DNA of 40,603 nucleotides from Hyphochytrium catenoides (GCA_900088475.1 FLMG01003868.1:1-40603); one strand, 5' to 3'; counted from the stretch's first letter, positions 10,321 through 23,003 are shown. The notes: generated by a model from the sequence alone, not told the origin. Numbers and translations: made by a program.

Positions 10321-12538
10321 GGATCCCTCCTGCGCCGTCGTCGTCGAAGCCTACAGAAAGAGAAGTCGTTTATTATTAGACAAAATAGCAAGCAGCTAAA
10401 TCCCGACGAACCCCCCTGACATAGTATAAAGAGGGATGCCAGGAACAAGGAGCCACCAAGTGATAAGATTGTCAGGGTTAACTACCCAGAGAATTGTAAG
10501 AAGAAGGAACGGTAAACGAAGAGAAAGAAGACAAGAGCAAGTAGGATTGGAGTTGTTATGAAAGACGGAAGTCCCAGCACAGAAGAGAGTAGTAGATTAG
10601 TAGTAGGACCTAGCGTCTGAACAAAACAACTTATTACCACGTCGGGGGTTGGTGGTAAAGTAGAAAAATTACCCACCGCAAAAAAGAGTGCTGGGGCAAG
10701 GAAGGAAAAAGAGAGACAGAGGTTGAGAAAAGCAAGATTATGAAGATAGGTAAGAATACCAGTTCATGCAGCAAGCTTTGTGAGAAGAGTAAAGATCGGC
10801 AAAAAAAATCATACTATACCTTTAGTGCGTTCAGAAAGTTGGTGTGCAACTGTCTGGCAGCTGCTGTTACTGCATTTTCATCCAATAAGCGCTCCTTTGC
10901 AAATTTTGAAAGAGGTCGGGGGAAAGGCCATCTTCCCTGACTCTAATGCGGTCTGAAGAAGGATGCATCCACTTGTGTTAGTGGAGGAGGACAACAGGGA
11001 GAGGAGAAGAGAGGACGATAAAGGAAGAGGAAAGGCGACTACTACTCGCGCTCTTTCTTTCTCCCTTAAATGAGCAAAAACACCATTAGAAAAGAAAATA
11101 AACCTAGAATACTAATAATGAGCATTGGTACCACAGCGAATTAATGATTAAAAGAGAACTGGCGATGAGAAGACCAAGCGAGTACACATATAGAATGGCG
11201 ACCTGAGAATGGCAATGAGACCATTATTCACTACTTACCATAAATGCCAGCACCGATGGGCTCAATTTCCTCTTCCTGCGCCTCTGGTGGAGAACCGTGG
11301 AAGGACCTGCCTCGTCTTCTACCCAAAACTCAGCCCGACAGAGGTGGATGAGTTCAATTAAGGTTTTTGGGTCGCTGAGATCCATCATTGGAGGCACTGC
11401 TGGTGATGAATTCCACTCCTCCTGATCACCTCCTCCCCCCCCCCATCGTGACCTTCTCCTCCTTTTGGAAGTACCAGAGGAGGAACAGATTTAGCACCTC
11501 CCCTAGGCCCCGGTAGGCATCGGAAATTCGCGCCACTTTAACCTCCAACTCATCCATAAACCGCTTCCTAACGAGCGCTATCTGGGTGGGCGAGAGCCAA
11601 TCCTCGCCAACAGGGATGGGAAAAAGACTGCTTTCCAGGCCCATTTTTAGGACCTGCTCTCTCTGGACGACGTAATTCTCGCCGCTCCCTATCAACGGAC
11701 GGGTAAGAAGGTCATCAACTTTAGAAGACGGAGCAGCTTGTACTGTATATTGAAGTCAGAACTAGACGGCTGGCAGTCCGTTTTCAGAAGCATTCAGATG
11801 TCTGCTTACTAGCTGTAGCAGAGTCCGGTTAGTTCCTTGACTAAGTTCTTTTTTAGCGTCCTCCGGGTTGCGGACCGCGAGGGACATCGCCGGGGGGGAG
11901 GGGGTGTTCCCCCCGCCGTGACATTATCACCACCCTCATTCGCCGCCGTCGTGTCGCTTGAAGGCTCCGCCACCGTGGGTCTTCATAGTGAAAGGGGCGG
12001 AGCCTATCTTTGTGGTGGTTGGGCTGGAGAAGGCAAAATTGGAAATGAGCCAAGTGGTTAGAAGTGGACTGCTATATATTGTCTCAAGTAGTAATGGAAC
12101 GCAGTAGCAGGCCTGAGTTGCCACCAGAATGGTGAAGGTGGAAGAGAAGGGAGGAGGCAACCAGTGCTGATTTAAGATCGTCAACAAACCTCACCAAGCA
12201 AAATCCGACCGCCTCTAGATTGATTTGGACGAGTCGATTTTCGATTTTCGATTGACTCATCGCTCCCGCAAATGAAATTCGTTCGTCTGGAAAAAGGAGC
12301 GAAATTAATTTAGAAACGGCTGTTGTAGTAATGCCTCTTCTCAATAGTGGCTCTCTGTTGTAGAAGAAGAATTGTCCGTGATAATAGAACTAACCTTATA
12401 TATAGGCAAACGGCTTGAACGGCCGGCCCTCGTACAAGTAAATTATCCAAAATGACTGACTCCTCTGTCGATGGTAGTTCTGCGTGTAGTAGTAGCTGCG
12501 GAACTAAGTCGTCAACATAGTACGCGTACAAATAAGGC
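10321..12538 (-). pseudogene. Decayed multi-exon gene; N-terminal exons GNAT-acetyltransferase-like, downstream exons of unknown family with a basic NLS-like RRRKRK
   Basis: Exon-like frames flanked by GT..AG: 12538-12395 and 12354-12190 (joined by a 40-nt intron), ~11742-11239 (frameshift in a C10 run at 11435-11444), ~10980-10819, ~10693-10609. In-frame stops occur in several pieces. Confidence 0.5.
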
Positions 12539-12539
12539 C

Positions 12540-13303
12540 TTATATTTTAGGGGGTGGTAGGGGAGGCACTATTATTTGCTGGCACTGTCCACCACCAAAT
12601 AATGCAAAAGCAACTAAATCGCCCCGCCGCAAGAGGAATGAGAACAGAAAGCAAGAGCCAGCAGCGTGTCATTCCTAGGAGGAGGGACTGAGACTCTTCC
12701 GCCATATAAAGGCTTTAGCGAGAGAGAGAGGAAGAAAAACCTCATCGTTGCCAGCAGGTGGGAGAGATGCTGCTGCGAGGAGGTAGCAGGAGGAGTCAAC
12801 AGGATGAGGAAGAAGAAAGGCAATAAAAGGCAGTGGCAGATGCCGAGCCCGGAGGAGCAGCAGGTCCGGTAGTATCACAAGAGAAAGAGGAGGGATCACC
12901 GCCAGTGAGGCAAACCATAATAAAGTCTCAACGGGGATCCATCTGGGACACAAGCTTCAGAAGATCCGCTTTCCAGAAAAATTAGTTCTGCATCTTGAGA
13001 TCCATGAAGCTCAGAAACACGATAACGACGACAAGAAGGGCCCGCTAACGGCTAGGGAAAGCCCCAACCTCACAGGGAATGGGGCTGTTCCCCTGGGGAT
13101 AATAGAACCTTATAACAGTTGTTGTGAAGATTAGAAAGCCTTCCTTTTTTCCATGGAAATTGTTTATGCCTTATTATTATGACCAATGTAAAACTCTATG
13201 AGCCAAAAGGTGGTTTCAGAGAAAGGTTTCTGACGGTACTCACCCTCCCTATCCCGGGGTGACTGGAGGGTGAGGACTTGGGGTGCAAATATTGAGGGAG
13301 AGC
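12540..13303. repeat. Direct repeat copy B (partner 9196-9962)
   Basis: See copy A. Confidence 0.95.
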
Positions 13304-14356
13304 CCCCCAAAGGTTTGTGTGCTGGGTGTGCCATAGGCGGTTAAGGTTCAGGTGACCTCTTTACTGCTAAAAAGAGAGAATGAGATTTCCCCCAGGAGCT
13401 GCACTTGGTCCGGCTACATTTTTAACGCCTGCAACTCCCTCTCCTCTCCTCTCCTCTCCTCTCCCTCTCTTTCTCTCTCTCTCGCTTTTACCACTTCAAA
13501 CCGTCTCTCTCTCTCTCACTCTCACTCTCTNNNNNNNNNNNNNNNNNNNNNNNNNNNNNNNNNNNNNNNNNNNNNNNNNNNNNNNNNNNNNNNNNNNNNN
13601 NNNNNNNNNNNNNNNTCTCTCTCTCTCTCTCTCTCTGCCACCATTTATGACAGTAAAATAACGGCATGTTTCTTGATGAGTGATGAGTTGATGATGTGCT
13701 CACTTCAAGCTCCTTGGACACTGACATCTCGTCAAGGCAAGAGTCTCTCTCTTCTCTCTCTCGCCCTTCCACGAGGCGTTCTCGCTTGTTGAAGTCTCCC
13801 TCATTCCGTCTTTTGCCTACAGCAAGCCCCGCCGTCACTTGATAACAAGTGGAATTTTGTCTTCATCTCCCTCTCTCAACCGTAACAAAACAATTACCGC
13901 GGGCAACCTGCCTGGAGGGGCGAGGTGCGTCTCTATAGAATCATGTAACAAGAGAAAGAGAGAGAAAGAGAGAGAGAGAGAGAGGGAGAAAGAGAGAGAG
14001 AGAGAGAGAGGGAGAAAGAGAGAGANNNNNNNNNNNNNNNNNNNNNNNNNNNNNNNNNNNNNNNNNAGAGAGAGAGGGACAGAGAGAGAGAGAGAGAGGA
14101 GAGAGGGTGAGAGACAGAGGACAGGGCGGGACAGTGTCGGTCTCTGTTTGTATAGAGAAAGAGAGAAGAGAGAGAGAGAACGAAGACGAGGGAGAAGACA
14201 AAGGTCAAGAGAGTCACCCGAGGAAAGGACGTCATTGTAACCTCTTCTGATTCTGTCACTCTCTTCCTTTCTCTGCTTCACAGATAGTTGCGCTCATCTT
14301 CTTCGGCTCTCTCTCTCCCTCTCTCTCGATCCTCTCTTTCTCTCTTTTTCTTCAAG

Positions 14357-15256
14357 ATGCCGTCAACCTTAGACGATCTCCTCAGCGAGCTTGACGACTC
14401 CGTTAACGGGAGCGATGACGGCGCACCAGTTGGACCTCTCAGGTAACGTCGCCAGAGAACTGAGCAGAGAGAGAGAGAAAAATGCGTCATATGTCTGAGA
14501 GAGAGAGAGAGAGGAGAAAGGAGAGAGAGAGAGAGGGAAGAACAGAGAGAAAAGGAGAGAAAGAGTCACGGCTATATTTCTTCATCTAGTGAATGTCTGG
14601 GTACTGTTAGCGTTACTCTCTTCCTTAGTATGTTCTCTCTCTTCCACTTTAGGAGTGTCATCTCTCCCTCCTCCTTCTCCCTGTCTTTCTTATTCTTTTC
14701 TGTCTCTCTCTCTGACTCTCTCTCTCTCTCTCTCTCTTTCCTCATTTGCCAGCCCTCGTAACGTCACCGAGAAGGTAAAGCGCTCTAGCAGTAGAAATAT
14801 CGAAGGCTCTCTGCTAAAGAGCACTCTTTCCAAGAAAGACGGCGACAGAGGCAGAGAAACAGGAGAGAGAAAGATGCAGAACAAAGCTTCCTTTTCTTCT
14901 CTCTCCTCTTCCACTTCTCTCCGTGCTGCCAACGAGCTGGACGACCTCTTAGATATGTTAGGAGATGCCTCAGTGGCAGAAGAGGCGGGTGCAGACAAGT
15001 ACAAGTTCCCAGGGAACCAGAGAAAGAAGAGTTGCCTTGATTATGTCTCTCCCGCTGTCTCTCCCCAACAAAGTCCCCGAAGTTCTCCAAAGAAGAGAGA
15101 GAGAGAGAGAGAGACAGGCTCAGGAGGGCTGAGCAGGAAGTGTGTGGCTGTTTATCTGGGAGGAACAGGCAGGAGAGGAGTCTGCGCCTCTGTGACGCTC
15201 AAATGGTGAGGGGCAACAGTGGATAGAGGAAAAACCACGACTTCTTTGGACCTCTG

Positions 15257-15308
<52 letters not shown>

Positions 15309-16266
15309 TGTCTCTCTTGCACAGTGTTCTTCCTCTTCCTCTCTGTCTGTTCCTTCCTCCCGCCCTTTCTCTCGTTTTCACCTCTGCTCCTTTTATGCCT
15401 CACTTGCTATGGCCTTCATTCATTTGGTTGGGTTTTCTCCCTCTCTCTTTCTCTCTCTCTGTTCTGTCCTTTTCTTTTCTTTTCCAGATACTCTAACTTT
15501 GCGCGTTTGCCCTCCTGACGTAACCGTCTTTTCCCTAATTTTGGCCGTGCTTCCCAGTCTCTGTGATAACCTTCGCTGCACGTCTTGCGACTTCCACGTC
15601 CTCCAGCTGACTGGATGGTAAGTCTTTCTCCTCTCCAGTTCTCTCTTCTTCTCTTGGTATTTCCTCTTCTCTCCTGCTTGTCTTCTCACTTTGCCACCTC
15701 CTAATTCCTCCATCTCTCCATTTCCCTTTCATCTTTCTTCTCTGTTTTCAATTATATGACTGTCCTTGTCTCTCTCTCAGCGGCTGGGACGATGATGTGG
15801 ACTACATGTTCTTCAGAAATAANNNNNNNNNNNNNNNNNNNNNNNNNNNNNNNNNNNNNNNNNNNNNNNNNNNNNNNNNNNNNNNNNNNNNNNNNNNNNN
15901 NNNNNNNNNNGGAGATGACGGAAGAGCCAGCAGTGGAGAGAATTCTCGTACTTTGCCTCCATCCTAGCCGTTTCTTGAGAAGGAATGAGGGAGTGCCGGG
16001 TCGCCATAGAAATAGGAAAAATAAGAAACAGAGAGAGAAAGAGAGAGGGTGAGAAAGAGAGAGGGTGAGAAAGAGAGAGATCGACGAAGATATATAAATA
16101 AGAGCAGCGGGTTGATACAAAGCTGACCGCCATCATTTCTCTCTCTTTCTCTGATTCTTTAGGCGGTACGGCCTATGCCTGTCAGTGCTCCTGGGAGAGC
16201 GCCACGCAAACGAAGAGGCTAGAACCCTCGTCGGACCGCTTTGCTTGGGTCTGTGCAGGTCATTAA
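14357..16266 (+). CDS. CFAP418: Cilia- and flagella-associated protein 418 / C8orf37 (retinal maintenance protein family) homolog
   Basis: Exons 14357-14442, 14753-15205, 15558-15617, 15781-(gap at 15823), 16163-16266; phases are consistent up to the gap. Protein: MPSTLDDLLSELD...KCVAVYLGG...CLCDNLRCTSCDFHV...WDDDVDYMFFRN...AYACQCSW...WVCAGH*, the diagnostic C8orf37 motifs. Not captured as one ORF by the track. Confidence 0.92.
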
Positions 16267-16390
16267 GAGGGAGAGAAAAGAGAGCTCACCCGTGACAGAC
16301 CTTGTACCATAGTCGCAGTCTGCTGGGGAAGAGAAAGAGAGAGAGAGAGCGAGAGAAAGAAGAGAGAATGACACGTAGATACATAACTTT

Positions 16391-19300
16391 TTAACTTATT
16401 AGCTGATTGTGAGATGAGTCCTCTTCTTCCTCCTCTCCAGTCTCTTCTTCTTTCTTCCGGGGGCTTCGTCTAAGGACTCCAGGACCAAACGCTCTCTCCA
16501 GCGCCTCTGAGACGGTTGAGACCTCAATAACGTGGACTCCATACTCTCTTCCCATATCCACGGCGCTTCTCTTTCTCTCCGTATCTCTTCTCTTGGCCAT
16601 TCTTCCCTCTTTCCCCGTCACGATCTTATCAAAGCCATGCCTCCTGGCGGCTGGCAGACGCAGCTCCAGGTCCTGGAGAGGGCGGATCTCTCCCTGTAGA
16701 CCCACTTCACCAAGAAAGAGAGTCCGAGGCGGAGATGGAATGCCACAATAACTGCTGGCTATCGCGCTACGCAAGGGACCGAGACACGGAGAACCGAGTT
16801 AGCTTCACAGCCGGTATAACAAGGATAAATTTGAGAGACAGGAATGCAAGGAGACGAGGCTGCTAAGATAAGCACTAAAGAGAGAGCTTGAGAAGAGAGA
16901 GAACAAGGTTCTTTATGGACAATGGTCAGCGTCCACGAGGTACCGGAAAGGCCGAGGATGGATATACACCGTAGGGACATAGTACTTGATTAAGGATGAT
17001 ATACGCGCGCGAGAGAGAGACAAACGAAGGAGGAGAGAGTACATGGGAAATAGAAGGACAGCAGGAGGACGCGAGAGACAGAGGCAGACAGACAGAGGCG
17101 CAGACGGAAGAAAGATAATCTGTGTTCCTACCAGAGAAAGGCAAGATCGCCGCTTCTTTCAGCCACCCCCAGACCCCCAACGACGTTAACAAAAAACACT
17201 CTGTTCCTTGTGCTAATCTAAAAAATCACATTCGAAAAAGGACGGGGAGGAAAAGAATGAGTGATGTATAAGGAGGTCTACCCGCCGGGCAACCTGTAGA
17301 GTAAGAGAGAGGGAGATAATGAGAAGACAGAGCGACGAAGGTACAAGCCCTCGATCTTGACTGTGACACTGATAGCAGGGAAGAGAGAATGAAGAAGAGA
17401 AATAAGGATGAGCCGGGACGTCCAAAGTAATAGAAATCACCCAAGAAAAGAGTGTAAGACAGACAGAGGAAGAGGTAGAGAGAGAGAGACAAGGAGAGAC
17501 AGAGAGAGAGAGTTAAAGCTCTAGTCGTCCAAAACCTGGGTCCTCTTCTCGAGTACAGCCAACAGCAACTGCAGTCTATCATAAGAGATGCCTGACCCTC
17601 TGGCCATTGGGGCGAGGAACTGAGAGCGATTGACTAAAGCTTGTACCTCCACCACCTGCGGGCGCGTGCCCTCCAGCACCACAGTGGCCGCAGAACCGTC
17701 TGCCAAAGGAGAGAGAAGTCTCTCTTCCTCCTCTTCCTCCTCCTCTGCAATTCCTCTGAGGCCATGCGCCGTCATTTCCAGAAAAGCTGTCTCGTGAGTG
17801 GGCCCAAACCTGTTAGCGGAGTTTGGAGCGGAATAGGAGTACCATCAGCATGGCCACCCTAGGTACATTCAAGTGGACCCTAAGCAAAGTAAATGCATTT
17901 TGGCAGAGGATGACCGGAGAGATAAAGGCAGAGATCGAGGGCTAACGCGTGAGCGGGAGGGACAGAGGAGCATTGTCAGGAAGAGCGAGATGAGAAGGAC
18001 TCCACTAATAGCGCCCCAAATGAGAAGGGACGGTTGAGCACCTATTCTTCTTGCACTCAAGATACCGCGCTCGGTCATTTCCGTCCTTGATAGAGAGATA
18101 GACGACTGTGTCTACGATGTGCTCAATGACCTAAGCTCAGAGAGAGTCACCATGGGTGGCGGATTGGGAGAGCGGCTAGGGAGGCACCAGAGATAATATA
18201 GCCTCACCTAGAGGCTGTCGCTTAGACATGACAGTCAAGAGCCGAAAAGAGCGAGAAGGAGCGAGAGAGAAAGAAGACGACTGCATCTCTGTTATGCTTA
18301 CCTTTGGTCCCGATATTTCTCCCGCCTTTGTTACATGGCTGACAAGAATGACGGCCGTCCCTGACGCCTTGGCCCACTGCATCAACCGAAGCGCGCACTC
18401 TCTAATTTGGGAAACCGTACCAGCGGACGCCTGACTGGCAGAAGAATAGATAGTCTGTACCGAATCGACGACCACCGCCGTCAGTGGCACACGTTCAGAG
18501 CTCTGTGCAGCCAGAGTGTTAAGAATCTCTATGAGATTCTCTACTTCCAGTTCGTCGACCACGAAGAAGTCTCCCTCGCTGCCGTCGTTCTCTCTCTCTC
18601 TTGCAGAGATTAAGCCTAGTCTGTCTGCCCTGCCCCTTATCTGAGCAGGGGACTCTTCTCCTGCGACGTATGCTACTCCTGAGGTCTTTCTTTGTCTATC
18701 TGCCCGGGTGAGCTCATCGGCCATTTGAAGCGCTAGCGTGGACTTTCCCCTTCCTGGAGAGCCTGTGGCATGCAAATCTCAGCAGCTGCGAGCGAGGAGT
18801 GGTCCCAGCGACAAGGAAAGAACAAGGAGCGAAGAGAGCAGCCCGCCAAGAACACAAGGCGAGATCCCGACGACTGTCCTTGAAAAAATCAACTAGACAG
18901 AGTGAGTGAGAGAGAGACACACAGAGGCAAAAACGGAGAACGAGCACAGAGAGATAGGGACAGAGAAAGAAAGAGAGGGAAACCAACCAGAGAGAAGAGA
19001 GAACCTATAAAGGCCGAGTGGCCCTATATACCTGCTAACAACGTAACAGAACCCCTGACTAGCCCTCCTCCTAAGACATGATTTAGCTCTTTATCCGAGA
19101 AGAGGAAGCGAGCGCCGCCATCCGCAGCGCTTCCTTTCACTGCTGAGAGCTTTTGGATGGCATTGTGCGTGGGAAAGACGGAGAAGGAAGAGAGAGCCGA
19201 GGGTGTAGGAACAGCAGTGGAGGGCGAGCTGTGCGGCATAGGCCCACGGAAGTGCCTTCCTCTCGAATCTATAGACTGGTGCTGTGAGGCTTCCTCGATG

Positions 19301-19668
19301 GTGTTCCACTCCCCGCAGAAGGAGCAACGGCCCGCCCACTTACTATGAAGTCCACCGCATGATGTACATTCAAAGCTCTCCCCTCCTCCTCCGGCTCCTC
19401 CTCTTTTCTGGCTCTTCTTTCCTCCAATCTCTCCGCCGCCGCTTCCTATCCTGTTGACAGAGCCTCTGAAGGGACCAGAGGCCGTCCCAAGGCCTCTAAA
19501 GCAACCGCTCCGTCGCACAATAGAGTGGTTTTTAGAGAAAAGACAATGCTTTCCTTTCGCTGTGATTTGTCTATATCTATTCGCGATCTCCACGAGTCTC
19601 AGGTCTCCTTTGCCAGTGCAAGTAGCAGCGAGAGAACGGAGCCCTGGAAGTCTTCCGTAGCCCCCCAT
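16391..19668 (-). CDS. radA: DNA repair protein RadA/Sms (bacterial type) with N-terminal extension resembling an organellar targeting peptide
   Basis: Six exons: 19668-19032, 18762-18302, 18130-18042, 17809-17536, 17217-17132, 16766-16391. C4 Zn finger CTSC..KWAGRCSFCGEWNT, Walker A GSPGRGKST, YVAGEES, Walker B VVVDSVQT, HVTKAGEISGPKVIEHIVD, KNRFG (split by an intron), EGTRP..VEVQAL, VNVVGGL, and Lon-like C-terminus GEVGLQGEIRP. Confidence 0.95.
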
Positions 19669-21991
19669 TTCTATATTCTCTTCCTTGCCGTATATTAAGT
19701 TGTGGTCCTTTCCTGCGCCGTCTACACTGAGAGCTGTATCTTCATCTCCTAATGGCTCTGTCAGCCAATGTTGCCTCGCGTGACTCCGGCACCGCAGCCA
19801 TCTCGATGGTCAAGGCTGGCTCCTTAACCGCCTTCACTGGGAGATTGAAGGGAAGGTGCCGAGCCGGACGGTGGAGCGAGGGGAGGAACTCTTCTCTAAA
19901 GCAGCCAAGAGATTGGTCGCCAATCTCTCTGAGACATGGAATAATTTCCGCAGTCAACATGATTCTTCCGTTTCTTTTTATGGAGATTATTGCAGCTTCA
20001 AAACTCTTTCTCTCAGATTTCCTCCAGGGGTCAAATATCTTTTGGCATTATGATCAGGTTCGTTGTTGCATAATTACCTTATAAATGTGTTGGATACGGA
20101 ATACGATCAGATCCAGCGTAGATGGAGAATCTTCCGCATTGAAAACTCACAGAACTTCATGATTTATGATGATGAGAACTGAGAACCCATTGACCGATTA
20201 TCGACAAACAGAAGAGGCCTCACTGCCCGCAAGCAGCAGCATGATAATATGTGATGACAGCGATGATGAAGTCGTGGTTTCCACTTCTTTATTCATAGTA
20301 CGGCTTGCTGCTATTGTCGCTCTATGAAGAGATTGATGCGATTGGTCAGTGCAGCCATCGGGACTTTTTGCTCCTCGTCATGTATCCGCCAGCAAGAAGG
20401 CTTCCTCTCCTCTTCTATTCGGTGAACTCCTCTTCAAACAGCCTTCTGGTTCCCTTAAAAGAAGAGGAGCAGCTTGCCGTTGGTCTGAGCTACGTCTTAG
20501 CTGCCCGTCTCTCAGACACATATGGAAGCGGCACCAGGGAGGGACACGGATGCAACCTACTGACTTGTAGTCTTGCAGCAGCATTCTTTCCTCTGCTGTA
20601 TGCCCGAGGATGATCGCAGATCTCCTCTAGGTTTTCTCTGTCTCTCTTTTTCCTCTCTTTTTCTCCTCCTCTTTGATGGCGTCCTCCTTCTTTCCGTACC
20701 ATTCATCAAGCAACAACACTTACTGTTCTCCTTATTATTGTCCTCGTCGTCGTCTCTCTTCAAGTTTAACATTATTATCGACGCGTTTTCTTGTATGAGC
20801 TCTGGGGTTATCATCTGTGAATGGCTGATGGCCGACGAACTTGTGAATGACAACTACTCCTTATTTATCATATTCTATGGAGTCTTGGTACTATTATGAT
20901 GGCAATGACGGGAGAAAAGGTTTCCTCCTTTTCTTTTTATAAGGTTCTTGGCGGGCATGACCTCCCTAGAACTACGACTGGTCATCATCATGAGGACTCA
21001 CAGACACGATATTTTCTCGAAGAGAGTAGTGCACGTGCAGCACGTGCAATTCTCCTCCGTCTCCTGCGCTCTCTGGTTACCTGGCAGTTGGTAAAGAAAC
21101 CTTACGACCCTTCGCCATCCAGTAAAGTTCAGAAGACGATGACTGCTGAGCCAGCTTGGAGAAAGAAAGAACAAGGATGTTGCCTGGTATTATCTTGTAC
21201 TAAAGTTCTTCGCATCGTCGCTTCTTATACCGTTCTCTACTCTCCTGTTATCCGCTGACATCTCGTCGTCAACAAGGAAGAGTCCTCAATTATCCTCCTG
21301 CTGCTGGACGCTGATAGAAGATCTCCTCTAGTAGAGTTCAAACGCTGTCCTACTAAGAAGATGGAACGCTTCTGCATTCTCTTACTCCCTCCCTAGTACT
21401 AGAACTATGTTCTGATCTGCTGAAGGTCGTGGGATAAAGTAGTAGGTGTTGATGGGCCTATTACCCAGCAGAATGGCCAGTCCAGCAACAGAGAGCTACT
21501 CTTCTCAACAATCCTAATGCTTAGGCTTCGGGTTCGCTCTAAACAATAGGAAACTAAAGCAATCGAGTGCTGTTTAGCCGTCCTTATCACGACCTTCTCA
21601 CAGCCTCAAGAAAACTCATCATGCGCCTGTCTCTGCTGGGCTTTCGATGACCTTCTCACAGTTGTGGGCTTCTTTGGTCTGGGCATGTTGTTCTGGGTCT
21701 CCATCAAGTGCAACTTCAATGGTGAGAGGCTGTCACAATGTCGATAATAAATAGTGCTATTGCCGATATAAAAGTCGTCAACCAATGAAAGTGGCCGACG
21801 ATGATGAGAGCACCAAGCCAGCAGACTGACAGGGAAAGAGAAAGAGCGCAGCGAGAGAGGACAGAGAGAGAGACAGAGACAGACTAGCTATTCTAATAAG
21901 AAAAGAGAGAGAGAGAGAGGAGAAGAGAGAGAGAGAGAGAAAGAGAGGGAGAGAGAGAGAGTGAAAGAGAGAGTGAAAAGAGAGAGTGAAA

Positions 21992-22037
<46 letters not shown>

Positions 22038-23003
22038 GAGAAAAGAAAGAGAGAGAGAGAGAGGAAAGTGAAAGAGAGAGAGAGAGAGGAAGGAGAGGGG
22101 AGTGGAAGTTCAAAGAGTCAAGAGATAGAGTGGGACAACAGCGTCTCTAAGGCCAATGTAATGTTAAGAGCCTGACGTACTTATCTCCCCACAAGCCTGG
22201 TCAGCCTGCTTCATGTCCAAATATTACTAACGAAATATACAGTAGAGCTATAAGAAGATAGCTGACAGAAGTGGGGCCGTACTATTATGCATATCTGATA
22301 CAATGATCCGAGTCCCATTGGTGTCTTCCACTCCTGGAGGAACTCTGGGAGGTAATCAGGTCTCTCTGTCTCTCGGACCCGTCATCTCTCACTCGCTCTG
22401 GCTATCCCCAGATTGTCTATCCGCTGGCTCAATAGCCTACCCCCTTAAAATTGTGTCTCTCTCCTTCTGACTCTGTCTTGTACCTCAGACTTCTCTTTGC
22501 AGGTGCTGTTGATTGTTGAAATGTGCAGGTGTAGCGATATCAAAATCACAAGGATTTGACAGGAAACAGGAAGAAAGGGAGAGAGAAGCATTGAGGAGAG
22601 AGAACCATTGAGGAGAGAGACCACCAACCAAGAAAGGGGAAAAAGAGAGAGGAGAGAGGACAGAAAGAGAGGAAGCGCAAGCAGTGGGACAAGAGGCCAC
22701 TGAACAATCTAAGACAGGGTGGGAGGGCGAGCAGTCAACGACGAGACTGAGGAGAGAGGAAACGGGAGCTTTGCTGGTTGTTGAGAAGCTGTCATTGGCC
22801 ACTCATTATTATAAGAATGAAGGCAAATCTGCCGAGGTGTCGCCCATAGAATCTCTTCGTTCTCCCGCCTACACGCAGACGTGCCCGCCGACGTCCGGGC
22901 TCCATATTTTGATTCTCTTCTCTCTGTGCATTCTAGCGCTTGACTGTCAACAGGAAAGAAGAAGGAACAAAAAGAATCAAACAGGCAAGAGATACCAGGA
23001 GCT

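Noticed and set aside
9196-13303. Classification as an LTR retrotransposon
   Set aside because: No TG..CA termini, primer-binding site, or gag/RT/integrase motifs recognised; the interior has spliceosomal introns. Kept only as an unclassified repeat-bounded relic.
13352-14281. Numerous SLSLSL/RERERE ORFs here and at 3542-4136, 21778-22113, 38286-38951, 40006-40278
   Set aside because: Translations of GA/CT microsatellites and N-gaps; no coding evidence.
17188-17295. Apparent frameshift (A6 run) or 12-nt micro-exon in radA
   Set aside because: The acceptor at 17218 (TTTTTTAG|ATT) gives an in-phase TQ|ISTRNRVFFVNVVGGL that aligns with RadA spacing, so no frameshift or micro-exon is needed.
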